Part shown: positions 16,290-26,801 of the stretch, piece by piece
Numbering within the stretch: the stretch's first letter is position 1
How the letters are laid out: the number at the start of each line of letters is the position of its first letter
Origin: Bacillota bacterium
GTDB lineage: Bacteria; Bacillota; Clostridia; TANB77; CAG-508
Length of the DNA stretch: 64,000 bases
Reading direction: 5' to 3'
Assembly (NCBI GenBank): GCA_963929525.1
Contig: CAWVJB010000097.1
Coordinates: 22,914 to 86,913, forward strand
Notes under the pieces: model-generated
The model's database searches: none
The model's input: the letters and a program-made list of their open reading frames with translations, nothing else
What the model was told of the DNA's origin: nothing
Translations under genes and position numbers: made by a program

Positions 16290-19172
16290 CTAATCATTAT
16301 TTTGATTAGCTTTTTGACTATTTTCTTTATCCATTTCATAATTTTTTAACTTTTCTTCCAATTTATTTATTTTTTCTTCTAATTCTTTGTTTTTAATTTC
16401 TTGTTTTTGTATGTATTCTTGAAATCCTGCATATAGTACTGATATCATACTATACAGACTTGACCCTTCTTTATTTTCACTTAATATTTCGTCAGGTGCA
16501 TCATATCCTTTTCCTATGACCACTCCAAATTGTTTGTATTTTTTGCCCTTAAAATTAAATTCACAAATATCTGTATTTTTTACAATATCTAAAAAACTTT
16601 TTTCAATTTCTTTTATTTTTTTTATATTTTCTTTCTTTTCTTTTTTTGATGTATTAACAAAGTCTGGTGCATAAACTGAAGCATCAAAATATCCATTGCT
16701 AGATGCATGTATCGTTCCTACATATAAAGTACCACTTTGCAAATGTATTTCTCCTTCTGATATTTCTATTTTTCCACCATTCATCATAATAGCAGGATAT
16801 GTTTTAAGTGGATATGATATCTCAAAAACTTTGGAATTTAATTCTGAATTATCATAAATTGTAAGTCCTGTATTCGATACATAAAGCCATGTTCCTTCTT
16901 CATTTTGTCTTATTTGCAATCCTTGAGCTTTATCAGATTGTGCATAAACATCTATATCTGTGCAAATAATTCTTCCATTTTGTATTACAACACCTCTTTT
17001 ATTGTTTTCGGTATCTGGAAAATCTCCACTTTGAAATTTTCCAGATAAATTGGCATTAATAGCCGATAATGTTCCATCTGTATCAACTTTAAAGTTTCCA
17101 TTTGCAGATATAGTTCCGTTAATATTTAATCTATTTGCATCTATTGTCACTTGTTCAGCACTTTGGTTTATCTTAGAAATAATTTCATCGTCTCCAACTT
17201 TTTTACTTACTTCTAAATTTATTTCTTTTGCTGTTTGAGTAATTGAACTATTCATTTCAACTACTGCATTTTGCAATCCTTCTTGTGTAGCAAAAATGTC
17301 TAAATAATCATTCTTTATAATATATTTTGCAGTATATTCTAATCCTTCGTATTCTTTTATATAAATATAAGTATCTTTATCAAAAGTCTTCAAGGTTATA
17401 TCTTGTAAATTTTCTACCACTTCATTTTCTAATTTATATAAATTTAAGTTTGAATCTACTCCTATTCTCCTTGTAACAGTAGTTTTTCCATTTACTATGT
17501 TCAATTCATCATATGTATCGTTTAAACTTCTCAATGGTTCACTTAGCATTACATCTATTATTTGTGCTTCATTGCTTATTGTACTTCTATTTTGTTTGTC
17601 ACTTATTAGTGTGAAGTGGTCCCCTAAAGGTACTAAAGTGTTACTAGGTACCAGTGTATTACTTGGAACTAAATAAATGAATTTATCACTATTTCCTTTT
17701 ATTTTAAAATTTAATAAATACTCTTCTCCTGCAACTGTATCTTCTAAATATATTTCGTTTGTTCCTGTTATTTCTCGACTAAATTCTTCTATACTAGAAA
17801 CCTGTTGTTGTATTTGTCCTAGTTGCAAGGTTATTGCTGCAATTTGTGTATTGTAATCAGAAATAATATTTGCTAATCCCTCTATTCTACTAACGTTCAT
17901 TGTTCCTGTTGTAATAAAATCAGCATTTATTTGTCCATCCATTGTGATAGCTACTTCAAAATGTCCTTCATAACCATTCGAGCTAAAACCAATACCACCC
18001 AATCCAAATCGCCATACATTTTCTGCTTCTTCTTTTGGAATTTTATCTAAAATCAATATTTCATTATCATCTATATATACATATCCATTTTTATTTAAAG
18101 AATTAATTAAATCTGTTTGTTGTTGTATAACTGTTTCTTGATTTGATACTGTTTGACTAATTTGATTTATAGTGTTTTTTATATTGTCGAATTTAGCTTT
18201 TACATCTCTTGTAAAGTTCCCAAAAGTTAAAGATTTTACTTTTTTAGATATAATGTCATATTGATACTCTAAGACTTCTGTTTGTATAGTTACAAGTGGA
18301 TGCAATACTTGAATAGTATCTCCTATTTCCATATCATCATTTATATCAGATGTAGTTGTATAGCTCATTTTAGGATATTGGTTTTCTTCTATATATGCCT
18401 CAGCATTTGTTCTTAATTCTTCTATTAATGCTTCTTCTGTTTGTTCCTCTTGTTCTAATTCAGTTTGAAAATCTACTGTTCTTGTATATGGCTTTTCATA
18501 TTGTACATCACTTTCTATATATTTTTCTGGTAACATTAATTCATTTGAGCCTACAGGATATAATCTAGTCACAACACTGGACCAATCTTCATAAATTTCC
18601 ATAGATTGCATATTTTTTCCGTATATAATGCTTTCTCCATTATCGTGTCCAACACTTTGTAAAAAACTAATATTCCAGTTATCTGCATCAAAAACACCAT
18701 TCCATCTTTCTTCTATTGTTGCCCATGCTTCTAACAGATTTTTTCTAATAAAATATGCAGTATTTACATTTTCAACATTAGAATATATAGTAAAAGGACT
18801 GACATTATCAGTCCTGTCATTTATGTAATTTAGAGCATTTAGTCCATTTTGATTTGTTGGTCTTACATCTACCAAGAAATAATCTTCTGCATCAAACATT
18901 ACATGGTTTGCCGTAAAAATTATTTTTCTATTTGTCTTTTTTATATCATTTCCAATTCTGAAAGCCTGTGGATTTAACTTTGATTTTGTTTTCACGACAC
19001 ACAATTTATCTTTTTCTATATAATCTTTATATTTAATTGGTATTTCAACTTCAATATACCAACCATTTAAAGATTTTTTCTTGTATTCTAAGCATTTTGT
19101 AGGATTAATAACTATATTGCCTGCACTAGTAAAATCTTTATCATTTGCATCAAATATTTTTATCATAGCCAT
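16290..19172 (-). CDS. phage tail-associated lysin / tail fibre protein (Tal, prophage endopeptidase-tail family N-domain)
   Basis: 960 aa directly after Dit. N-terminal ~350 aa typical of siphoviral Tal. C-terminal coiled coil (KNKELEEKINKLEEKLKNYEM). Confidence 0.65.
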   Translation of the reverse strand: MAMIKIFDANDKDFTSAGNIVINPTKCLEYKKKSLNGWYIEVEIPIKYKDYIEKDKLCVVKTKSKLNPQAFRIGNDIKKTNRKIIFTANHVMFDAEDYFLVDVRPTNQNGLNALNYINDRTDNVSPFTIYSNVENVNTAYFIRKNLLEAWATIEERWNGVFDADNWNISFLQSVGHDNGESIIYGKNMQSMEIYEDWSSVVTRLYPVGSNELMLPEKYIESDVQYEKPYTRTVDFQTELEQEEQTEEALIEELRTNAEAYIEENQYPKMSYTTTSDINDDMEIGDTIQVLHPLVTIQTEVLEYQYDIISKKVKSLTFGNFTRDVKAKFDNIKNTINQISQTVSNQETVIQQQTDLINSLNKNGYVYIDDNEILILDKIPKEEAENVWRFGLGGIGFSSNGYEGHFEVAITMDGQINADFITTGTMNVSRIEGLANIISDYNTQIAAITLQLGQIQQQVSSIEEFSREITGTNEIYLEDTVAGEEYLLNFKIKGNSDKFIYLVPSNTLVPSNTLVPLGDHFTLISDKQNRSTISNEAQIIDVMLSEPLRSLNDTYDELNIVNGKTTVTRRIGVDSNLNLYKLENEVVENLQDITLKTFDKDTYIYIKEYEGLEYTAKYIIKNDYLDIFATQEGLQNAVVEMNSSITQTAKEINLEVSKKVGDDEIISKINQSAEQVTIDANRLNINGTISANGNFKVDTDGTLSAINANLSGKFQSGDFPDTENNKRGVVIQNGRIICTDIDVYAQSDKAQGLQIRQNEEGTWLYVSNTGLTIYDNSELNSKVFEISYPLKTYPAIMMNGGKIEISEGEIHLQSGTLYVGTIHASSNGYFDASVYAPDFVNTSKKEKKENIKKIKEIEKSFLDIVKNTDICEFNFKGKKYKQFGVVIGKGYDAPDEILSENKEGSSLYSMISVLYAGFQEYIQKQEIKNKELEEKINKLEEKLKNYEMDKENSQKANQNND

Positions 19173-19858
19173 CTATCCTTTCTTTTAGCTTTTATTGTGC
19201 ATCCTCCTTCTTTTATTGTAACTACATTATTTCCTGGACTTAATTTTGGAAATTCATAACCTATAGTTAATTGTCTATTCCTGTTTAATCCTTCATACAA
19301 TGCCGTTTTTTCTTCACAATCTATTTCAACATATTCATTATCCTCAAAACTATATTGAAATCTTATTCCTGCTACTTCAATATCGACATCATCATAATCA
19401 GTTTTCTCTAATCTGATAATTGGTCTACTGTATATATTTCCTGTATTTTCAATATTGTTTGTAACAGCAACAAAATTGTCCTCAATTTTCGTCCAGAATG
19501 GATCACGTATAAAATTTGTATCAATTATTCTTATAATTGTATCTCTTTGTGGCTCTAATTCACTATAAAATCTTGCTATTGTTTTTCTTCCTTTATACTC
19601 AAACTCTCCTTCTCCGTCTAACCAAGCAAGAATGTCATCTATTTTATTTAGATTTAAGCATTGCACATAGATGGGTCTTTCAACATAAGAATAACCTAGT
19701 TCATTAAATATTGCTCCATCTCTTCCTTCTATTTCTATTGTTTCGTATCTTTTTGCTGCTCTTGCTATAAAATGTTCTTCTTCTTCAATTATTACTTGCA
19801 TATCTGTACTAGATATTCCTTTAAACTTAAACATGTTACACCACCTTGTACAATTCAT
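19163..19858 (-). CDS. distal tail protein (Dit, Sipho_tail family)
   Basis: 231 aa between TMP and Tal. Confidence 0.6.
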   Translation of the reverse strand: MNCTRWCNMFKFKGISSTDMQVIIEEEEHFIARAAKRYETIEIEGRDGAIFNELGYSYVERPIYVQCLNLNKIDDILAWLDGEGEFEYKGRKTIARFYSELEPQRDTIIRIIDTNFIRDPFWTKIEDNFVAVTNNIENTGNIYSRPIIRLEKTDYDDVDIEVAGIRFQYSFEDNEYVEIDCEEKTALYEGLNRNRQLTIGYEFPKLSPGNNVVTIKEGGCTIKAKRKDRWL

Positions 19859-22800
19859 CTTTTACTATTTTTGCAAATCCATCTTCATCTAAAGTAAATT
19901 TGCAATTTGTTAATGCTTTTGTTATTGCATTTGCCATTTTGTCATAATCTACATTAACAATCATTGTGTTTGTATTACTATTCATATTTGCGTTTCTTGT
20001 ATTTTCATAATCTATATTTTTTAATTCACCAGACATCTCTTGTGACATATTTCTTACTTTTTTTATTAATTGAGGAGAAGATTTTTCTAAAGTTTTGCCT
20101 AATCCTTCTACCATGTCAGGCATCCATTTTTCATATTCTCTTAGAGGTCCTGTATCCGGTCTTGAAAAGTGTAAGAAGCTTGCTATTTTACTAGCTAAAT
20201 TACTTAATTTGCTAGTAAACCAATTACTATTTCCCTTGGATTCTATTCCTTTTCCTAATCCTTCTACCATATCAGAACCCCAAGCATAGCTATTATTATT
20301 TCTAACAGCTGTTTCAGCTCTTCCTACAAGATTTCCTGCCTCGTTTTGCACAGATGTATCTTTTTTTAATGCTTCCGAACTTTCAGAAATCTTTTCTTTT
20401 GTCCTATCTGGTAAAGTTAAATTTCTGCCAAAGACATCAGTCACTACATTAGCCTTGTTTTCTGCGGCATCTGACATAGTTATATCTAGTGCTATTACAC
20501 CTGTAGATTCTTCAATTCTTTTTCTAGTTTCTTCTGGAAGTCTCATTAATCCATTTGAATACTCTGTATAACTTGAATCAGCTACTTTTTTCCAAGCTTG
20601 AATTTGCTCTGGTGTTAATTCTTCTATTGTAGAAGTTTGTTCTACTAAACTATTTACCAGATTAGCAAGTTTTTGTTTCTCTGTTTCTAATTGTGAATTT
20701 AATATATTAGCTTGATATTCATCGTTTGCATTTTGTGCTTCTTGTAAACTATTTTTTAACACGTTCATATACTCAGTTTGAGTATTTATTTGTTCCTCAA
20801 TTGTTTGTTGGGAAGCTTGTTTTACTTCTTCATAAGATGTCATTATACTTTGTGTGGCTTCTTGTATTTGTTGAGCATTTCCAGAAACACTTGCTGATTG
20901 TAAATTCTCATAATCTTGTATTGTTTTTCCATATTGTCCTATTAATTCTGTTTGTTCTCCTATTTGTTGAGCTATGCTGGTATATAATAACTCTGCTTCC
21001 GCTCTTTCTTTTGCATTTCCTGTTGCCATTTGATTAGCTGCATCTGCTAATTGTTGTTTTAATCCTACTAATGTTTTTGTAGCTTCCGCCTGCTCTTTTA
21101 TTGCTGTTTCATATTCTTGTTGATATGCATTTAATACTGCTTCTGCTTTTTTCTTTTCAATTATTTGATCTATATTATTTTTTAACTCTTGATATTGATC
21201 AATGATGTTTCCGTTTAAGTCATATTCTGTACCTAATGCATTATTTAACTGATTTAAAATAACTTGTGCTCTATCTTCATATCCCTGTTTTACTTTTCCG
21301 TTTTCATCAGTTATCTTTTTTAACTCATCTACTAACCTAGATGTATTTTCAATTTCAGATAAATTTCCAGATAATGTTTCATTTCTAGTCTCTGCTAGTG
21401 ATTGCCAAGATTGACTTTGATTTTCAACCTCTTCTCTTAGTCCTTCTAATGATGCTTTTTCTTGTGTTACTGCTATATGATGTGCTGTATACGCAGCAAT
21501 CAGACTTCCTATTGCAATAGTTGTTAAACCAATAGGATTGCTTAATTTTCCAAATACATTTGCCAAGCTGTTTACACTTGCAACGGATGAAGTTGTTTTC
21601 CCCGTTGCTACTCCTATTGCTTGAGTAAATATACCAATTCCTTGGGTGACACCACCTATTACCTGTCCTGCTGTTCCCATTGTTTTTATTAATGGTCCTA
21701 CTCCTGCTACAAACAATCCTATTTTTACAATGTTTTCTTTTTCTGCATCACTCATATCATTTAGTTTATCTACAAATCCTTCTGCCATATCTATCAAATC
21801 TTCTAAAACTGGTAGCATTTCTTCACCGAAGTCTGCTCCAAGACTTTGTAATCTCTTTAGTTGAGTTTCTGCCTTTTTCTTTGTTGTGTTATATAACTGG
21901 TCGATAGATTTTTGCATCGAATCACTACTTTTTGATATTCCAGCATCCATATTACTAAAGCTTGTAATAACTGTTGGTCCTAGGTCTTCCCACATAGTAC
22001 CAAATAAATCAACACCTGCAATGCTTTGAGAAACTTTATCATCCATACTTCCTAGTCTGTTTACGACTTCTATAAATGCTTGCTTTGCTTCTTCTCCACC
22101 ATTAGCGAATTTTTTTGCCATATCATCTGCATTTAGACCAATTCTCTTAAATCCATCTATTGTTGTATTACTTCCATCAATTACTCTTATAGAAAATTCT
22201 TTTACTGCATCACCTATTTTATCTAAGTTAAATGCTCCATTATCAGCGCCAACTTTAAAGATATTAAACATGTCTTCTGCTGATAGTCCTAATTTTCCAA
22301 ATTGAACAGAATACTCATTAATATTGTCTAGTAGCTCGTTTGAGAAATCTAATCCTTGTTTTTTACCTTCTGCAATTAAATTAAAAGCCTCATCTGCGCT
22401 AACATTAAGATTGTCCATCATTGCTTTTACTGCTCTTACACTTTCTGATACATCGTATCCAAACAAATCTCTTAATGCTATTGCTTTTTCTGTAATATTT
22501 TGCAAATCCTGTTCATTTAAGTCTTGCAACTGCATCGTTACTTGTGCCATAGAATCTGCAATATCTTCATATCCTTCACCATAATTATTGCTATTAATAC
22601 TTTCTAATACTCGTTTGTATTTTTCTGTTTCATTTTCAGCTGTATTTGTAGTGCTAACATATTTAGCTACTGCATTTTCTAAATTCATAGCATTATTTGC
22701 TAGTGCGACACCACCTGCTGCTACTCCTGCAGAAATACCAGATGCTTTATTTCCAACATCACTTATTTTCTCACTTACGTCATTTATTTTTTTTGCATAA

Positions 22801-23213
22801 TTCTGCATTTTTTTACTATTATCATTTAAAGCTACATCAATGTCATTTATTCTGTTTTCATAATCTTTCAATTTTAGTTCTGCATTAACTAATTCATTTC
22901 TTTTTTTCTTTATTGCTGTTGTATTCTTATTTTCAGCATTCTCTAATTCTGATAATTCTTTTTTTAGTACAGTAACTTTATCTTGTTGTATTGCAAGTGC
23001 ATTTGTTAAATATTCTTGCTGTGCTCTTAATTTTTCTGTACTAGATGTGGAACTATCCCATTGCGATTGCGTCACTCTAAATTGGTTATAGTTTTTATTC
23101 ATTTCAAGATTGATTTCTTGTAACGTTTTCTTAAAATCTATTGCTCCTTCTTCTTTAAAAATTAATCCTACTTTTTGTAACTCATTTGCCATTTTCTCAC
23201 CTCTTTTTTGCAA
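19836..23213 (-). CDS. phage tail tape measure protein
   Basis: 1125 aa, highly coiled-coil/Ala-Gly-rich with central TM-like GLFVAGVGPLIKTMGTAGQVIGGV segment. Canonical position. Confidence 0.85.
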   Translation of the reverse strand: MQKRGEKMANELQKVGLIFKEEGAIDFKKTLQEINLEMNKNYNQFRVTQSQWDSSTSSTEKLRAQQEYLTNALAIQQDKVTVLKKELSELENAENKNTTAIKKKRNELVNAELKLKDYENRINDIDVALNDNSKKMQNYAKKINDVSEKISDVGNKASGISAGVAAGGVALANNAMNLENAVAKYVSTTNTAENETEKYKRVLESINSNNYGEGYEDIADSMAQVTMQLQDLNEQDLQNITEKAIALRDLFGYDVSESVRAVKAMMDNLNVSADEAFNLIAEGKKQGLDFSNELLDNINEYSVQFGKLGLSAEDMFNIFKVGADNGAFNLDKIGDAVKEFSIRVIDGSNTTIDGFKRIGLNADDMAKKFANGGEEAKQAFIEVVNRLGSMDDKVSQSIAGVDLFGTMWEDLGPTVITSFSNMDAGISKSSDSMQKSIDQLYNTTKKKAETQLKRLQSLGADFGEEMLPVLEDLIDMAEGFVDKLNDMSDAEKENIVKIGLFVAGVGPLIKTMGTAGQVIGGVTQGIGIFTQAIGVATGKTTSSVASVNSLANVFGKLSNPIGLTTIAIGSLIAAYTAHHIAVTQEKASLEGLREEVENQSQSWQSLAETRNETLSGNLSEIENTSRLVDELKKITDENGKVKQGYEDRAQVILNQLNNALGTEYDLNGNIIDQYQELKNNIDQIIEKKKAEAVLNAYQQEYETAIKEQAEATKTLVGLKQQLADAANQMATGNAKERAEAELLYTSIAQQIGEQTELIGQYGKTIQDYENLQSASVSGNAQQIQEATQSIMTSYEEVKQASQQTIEEQINTQTEYMNVLKNSLQEAQNANDEYQANILNSQLETEKQKLANLVNSLVEQTSTIEELTPEQIQAWKKVADSSYTEYSNGLMRLPEETRKRIEESTGVIALDITMSDAAENKANVVTDVFGRNLTLPDRTKEKISESSEALKKDTSVQNEAGNLVGRAETAVRNNNSYAWGSDMVEGLGKGIESKGNSNWFTSKLSNLASKIASFLHFSRPDTGPLREYEKWMPDMVEGLGKTLEKSSPQLIKKVRNMSQEMSGELKNIDYENTRNANMNSNTNTMIVNVDYDKMANAITKALTNCKFTLDEDGFAKIVKDELYKVV

Positions 23214-23297
23214 AATAAAAACACCAGAAATTAATCTGATGTTTTATGTCTAAGATAATATAAAAAACACACTACATTTCTGTAATGTGCTTGAATA

Positions 23298-24338
23298 TTA
23301 ATTTATTTCAACATATTTTCCATAAATGAGTGGTAATGTTACTGGTGTACCTAATGTACTTGTATATGTATAATCTCCTTGTGATGTTCCATATACTGTG
23401 ATAATATCATCTTCCAATATTTTATCTTCTCCCTCTTCTGGATAATATGTAACATATATTGTATCTGTATAATATGTTGTATATGTTCCTTCTTTTGTAA
23501 TATTAACCCTCAAATCAACACTAGATGTTCCATAAAGTGCTTGTACTACCTCTCCTGTTACTTTTACATTTGTTCCTTTGAAATTTTCTGGATTTCTTGC
23601 CATTTGTTCAAATGTATATGTTTGGCAACTTGCTTTAAATTCTGATTCTTCTTGTTGCTTTCTAGCTGTTTCTTCCTCTTGCTTTCTTTTTTCTTCTGAT
23701 TCTTTTTGTTCTTGTTCTAATCTTTCTTGTTCTAATCTCGCTTGCTTTTCTTTTTCAGTTTCTTTAATTATATTGGTTTTAGATATCATGTCTTCAACTA
23801 AATTAATAAACTTATTATTCATTTTATATTTCTGTCCAAACAGAAATACATATGCTTCATTTTCATTAGATGTAAAATACGATATTGTCTCATATTTTGT
23901 ATCATTAGAATACATATAATTCCTTACAATTCCATATGTGTTTCCATTTATTTCTTTTACATCCTTACTAATAAAATCTTCATCGTCTAAATCTAATCCA
24001 GATATGTAACCATCTAATGCAATATCAATGCTTTCATCATTTCCGTAATCATTTCCTTCAGAAATTATTACCATTATCATAGAATCTTCGCTTGGATAAT
24101 AATACTTATAAGAATCAGTTTCACTTGTATCTTCTTTATTTTTCCATTTATCAGAAACATAATATGTTAATTTTTCTTCTACAATTTCTTTGTTTAACTC
24201 TGTTTCTAAAGTTCCTGTGCCATATATTACTTTTATAATGATTCCAATTATTATAATAAGTACAACAATTAACCAAAACCACCATTGTTCATAAAAAGCT
24301 TTCTTTTCATTCTTTACTTCATTTTCTTCCATAAACAT
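23298..24338 (-). CDS. membrane-anchored hypothetical protein (moron) between major tail and TMP genes
   Basis: 346 aa. N-terminal TM WWFWLIVVLIIIIGIIIKVIY, central EQERLEQEQKESEEKRKQEEE coiled coil, beta-rich C-domain. Occupies the slot normally holding tail assembly chaperones. Confidence 0.5.
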   Translation of the reverse strand: MFMEENEVKNEKKAFYEQWWFWLIVVLIIIIGIIIKVIYGTGTLETELNKEIVEEKLTYYVSDKWKNKEDTSETDSYKYYYPSEDSMIMVIISEGNDYGNDESIDIALDGYISGLDLDDEDFISKDVKEINGNTYGIVRNYMYSNDTKYETISYFTSNENEAYVFLFGQKYKMNNKFINLVEDMISKTNIIKETEKEKQARLEQERLEQEQKESEEKRKQEEETARKQQEESEFKASCQTYTFEQMARNPENFKGTNVKVTGEVVQALYGTSSVDLRVNITKEGTYTTYYTDTIYVTYYPEEGEDKILEDDIITVYGTSQGDYTYTSTLGTPVTLPLIYGKYVEIN

Positions 24339-24544
24339 ATCCTCCCTTTATTTTCTAAGAGGATTATATACCAATATTTTACAATTTTCAACATAATTTG
24401 AAAAATTTTCCAAATATGCTCGATTTCACAAGTTGCATAACATATTTATATATTGTGTAACTTCTAAAATCAAATATTCTGACATCTAATTATATTATTA
24501 AAATTTAGAAAAGGCTCTAAATTTATTTTAGAGCCTCATATTTT

Positions 24545-25174
24545 TTAGGCTGCTGGTGCTGTTGCTGCAGTTAATCCTGCATCATCTAAAATTGGCGCTT
24601 CGAAGAATTTTTCTTCTGTTAATCCCTCTGGGAAACTAGACATTTCACTATTTACTCTTACACTCTTATTTCCAGCATTGTCAAATGCATATGCCGTAAT
24701 AGTTACTGTATCTGTTTGTTCAGAAAATTCTTCTTCAGATGTTGCAGCTTCATCTGTATTTTCTGTTAATTGGCATTTAGGGTACCAAACAAACTCTACT
24801 GCTCCCCCTAATTTTTTAACAACTTTTCCAAATGCAAAAAATGGTCTTTTTCCTGGAGCTCCACTTAAAACTAATCCATTTTCGTGAATATCGTCTCCTC
24901 TCATTTTTGCTAAATCTTCTGGATCTAATGCAATAACTTCTACTTCATTTTCAATACTAGAACTTTGATTTACTGTTTCATAATCTTGTCCACTAGCTCT
25001 TACTGTTGTTGTAGTAGCATTATCTGTAGTATTAATTGTTTTTACTACATCACTTTTATTTGTTGTTTCATAAGCTTCTGGATCAAATTCTCCATCTTCT
25101 GTCATTGTGTTAAATGCATAATATAATGCTCCAACTGTTTCTTTTATTTTAGGCTTCTTTGTAGTAATTGCCAT
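24545..25174 (-). CDS. phage major tail protein
   Basis: 209 aa. Position upstream of TMP, Thr/Ala-rich. Confidence 0.55.
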   Translation of the reverse strand: MAITTKKPKIKETVGALYYAFNTMTEDGEFDPEAYETTNKSDVVKTINTTDNATTTTVRASGQDYETVNQSSSIENEVEVIALDPEDLAKMRGDDIHENGLVLSGAPGKRPFFAFGKVVKKLGGAVEFVWYPKCQLTENTDEAATSEEEFSEQTDTVTITAYAFDNAGNKSVRVNSEMSSFPEGLTEEKFFEAPILDDAGLTAATAPAA

Positions 25175-25205
25175 TTATATCATTCCTTTCTTAAAATGCT
25201 CACTA

Positions 25206-25514
25206 TTACCAAGTTTTTAAACCTAGCTTAGTGAGCATTAATTTATAATATTTTTCTTTATTTTTATCCCATAGAGGATATAAATGAGGTTGTTCATTCA
25301 TCTTAGTTGTACCGCGTTCAACCATTGGACCATAATACTTGCCCCATCCTGCTTCAACCTCGTCTTTTTTTACTCTATAAGCAAAACTATCAATTAAATG
25401 TGTGTATCCCGATTTTCTTATTTGTGACATCGGTTTTGTTAATTTTAATAAATCTTTAACAAATTCTTTAGCTCCTACTACTAAAATTTCTGTAGGATTT
25501 TCTACATTTTTCAT
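25206..25514 (-). CDS. HK97 gp10-family tail component
   Basis: 102 aa. YGPMVERGTTKMNEQPHLYPL resembles the gp10 family C-terminal signature. Confidence 0.5.
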   Translation of the reverse strand: MKNVENPTEILVVGAKEFVKDLLKLTKPMSQIRKSGYTHLIDSFAYRVKKDEVEAGWGKYYGPMVERGTTKMNEQPHLYPLWDKNKEKYYKLMLTKLGLKTW

Positions 25515-25569
25515 ATATCCTTCTAATACATCTGATAAAGCTTGAAAACCACTATATCCATAAACTTCA

Positions 25570-25899
25570 TTAGATATTTTCTAACACCTCTAATGCAAAA
25601 TACGAATGCCATCTTCTTGTTTCTGAATCATATTCATGTTGGATTGAAGGATGCAAACCTAATTTATTAAGATTATGTTTGAGTTCTAGTAACTTTTGAC
25701 TTCTTGGAATTTCTGCTAGAAAAGATATTTGATATGTAACATTTGTGTTGTATTCTTTTCCACTTGCAATTAAATCATCCCAGTAATAATCCCAAAAATA
25801 TATTATTTCTGGTTCTTCTACTACTTTGTCGCTTGGTGTTCCTTCGTTAACTGGTATATTCAATTCTTTTAATAAATCTACTAATTCAGGCTTTGTCAT
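25570..25899 (-). CDS. phage head-tail joining region protein (hypothetical)
   Basis: 109 aa ORF in connector module. Confidence 0.35.
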   Translation of the reverse strand: MTKPELVDLLKELNIPVNEGTPSDKVVEEPEIIYFWDYYWDDLIASGKEYNTNVTYQISFLAEIPRSQKLLELKHNLNKLGLHPSIQHEYDSETRRWHSYFALEVLENI

Positions 25900-26275
25900 T
25901 TATATCCTCCTCCAATTTCACTCTTGGATATAATTCCAAGGTTAAATCTGTTTGTTTGTATCCATCACTATTTGTAAAGTGATATGCATTAAAAACTTTA
26001 TGATATGTGTCTCCAATTTTAACAACATGTAAAGAAGTAATCTCTTTTGTTTGAGGTATTCTTAATTTATAGGTTATATTTTTCTTTCTTTCTTCAGCTT
26101 CAAATTTTAATTTATCTGTGATTGATAATTCTTCAAACCATACATCTTTTCCAGTATCTTTTAGATATTCAACTGGATAAGTTGTATCAGTTTGTTTTAT
26201 TTCAAAGAGTCTAAATCTTCCATCATTGTACGTGGGAAGGTTTGTAATATTTTGCTTGTAAGTTAGCATATTCAC
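25886..26275 (-). CDS. phage head-tail adaptor (head-tail joining protein family)
   Basis: 129 aa. Pattern ...DGRFRLFEIKQ...VWFEELSITDKLKFEAEER...TYKLRI...TLELYP typical of this family. Confidence 0.5.
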   Translation of the reverse strand: MNMLTYKQNITNLPTYNDGRFRLFEIKQTDTTYPVEYLKDTGKDVWFEELSITDKLKFEAEERKKNITYKLRIPQTKEITSLHVVKIGDTYHKVFNAYHFTNSDGYKQTDLTLELYPRVKLEEDINDKA

Positions 26276-26513
26276 CCGCGTATAATTGCATAAATTCAGC
26301 TAATCGACTAAATCTAGAATATAATACATAATTTTTTAATAGACTCCTTGCTTTTAAATCTTCTTCATAATTAATTTTAGCTCCTGAGCTTTCGTTAATA
26401 TCATATTCTGCTTCTTTTATATAACCTTGTAATACCTCATCCTCTTCAAAAGGAGAGATGTGTTGCTCTTTCCTTATTTCAGTAATTAATTTTTTAATTT
26501 GTGTATCGTCCAT
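26223..26513 (-). CDS. gp6-like head-tail connector (DNA-packaging protein)
   Basis: 96 aa. IKKLITEIRKEQHISPFEEDEVLQGYIKEAEYDIN fits the Phage_connect_1 pattern. Confidence 0.55.
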   Translation of the reverse strand: MDDTQIKKLITEIRKEQHISPFEEDEVLQGYIKEAEYDINESSGAKINYEEDLKARSLLKNYVLYSRFSRLAEFMQLYAGEYANLQAKYYKPSHVQ

Positions 26514-26522
26514 AATACACCT

Positions 26523-26801
26523 CTATTCTTTATCTTCTTTTTCAACTTTTACTGCTTCAATAAGCACTTCTCCAATTTTATTCTTCTTAGAAGATAATTC
26601 GTTAATTCTCTTTTTAGTAGGATTTAATCCTTCACGAGGATATGTGTCGCCTTTTTTGTATAAATGCTCATTATCCTCTAAATCTTTAAAAGCTTTATAA
26701 ATAACTACATATTTTTCTTCCATGTTTCTTTTCCTCCTTAAAAAATATTTAAGGAGCTTATTTCTAAGCTCCTGGTGTTGTTTCTGTTTGTACTGTTCCA
26801 T
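26523..26801 (-). CDS. hypothetical phage head protein
   Basis: 92 aa ORF between capsid and connector genes. Confidence 0.35.
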   Translation of the reverse strand: MEQYKQKQHQELRNKLLKYFLRRKRNMEEKYVVIYKAFKDLEDNEHLYKKGDTYPREGLNPTKKRINELSSKKNKIGEVLIEAVKVEKEDKE

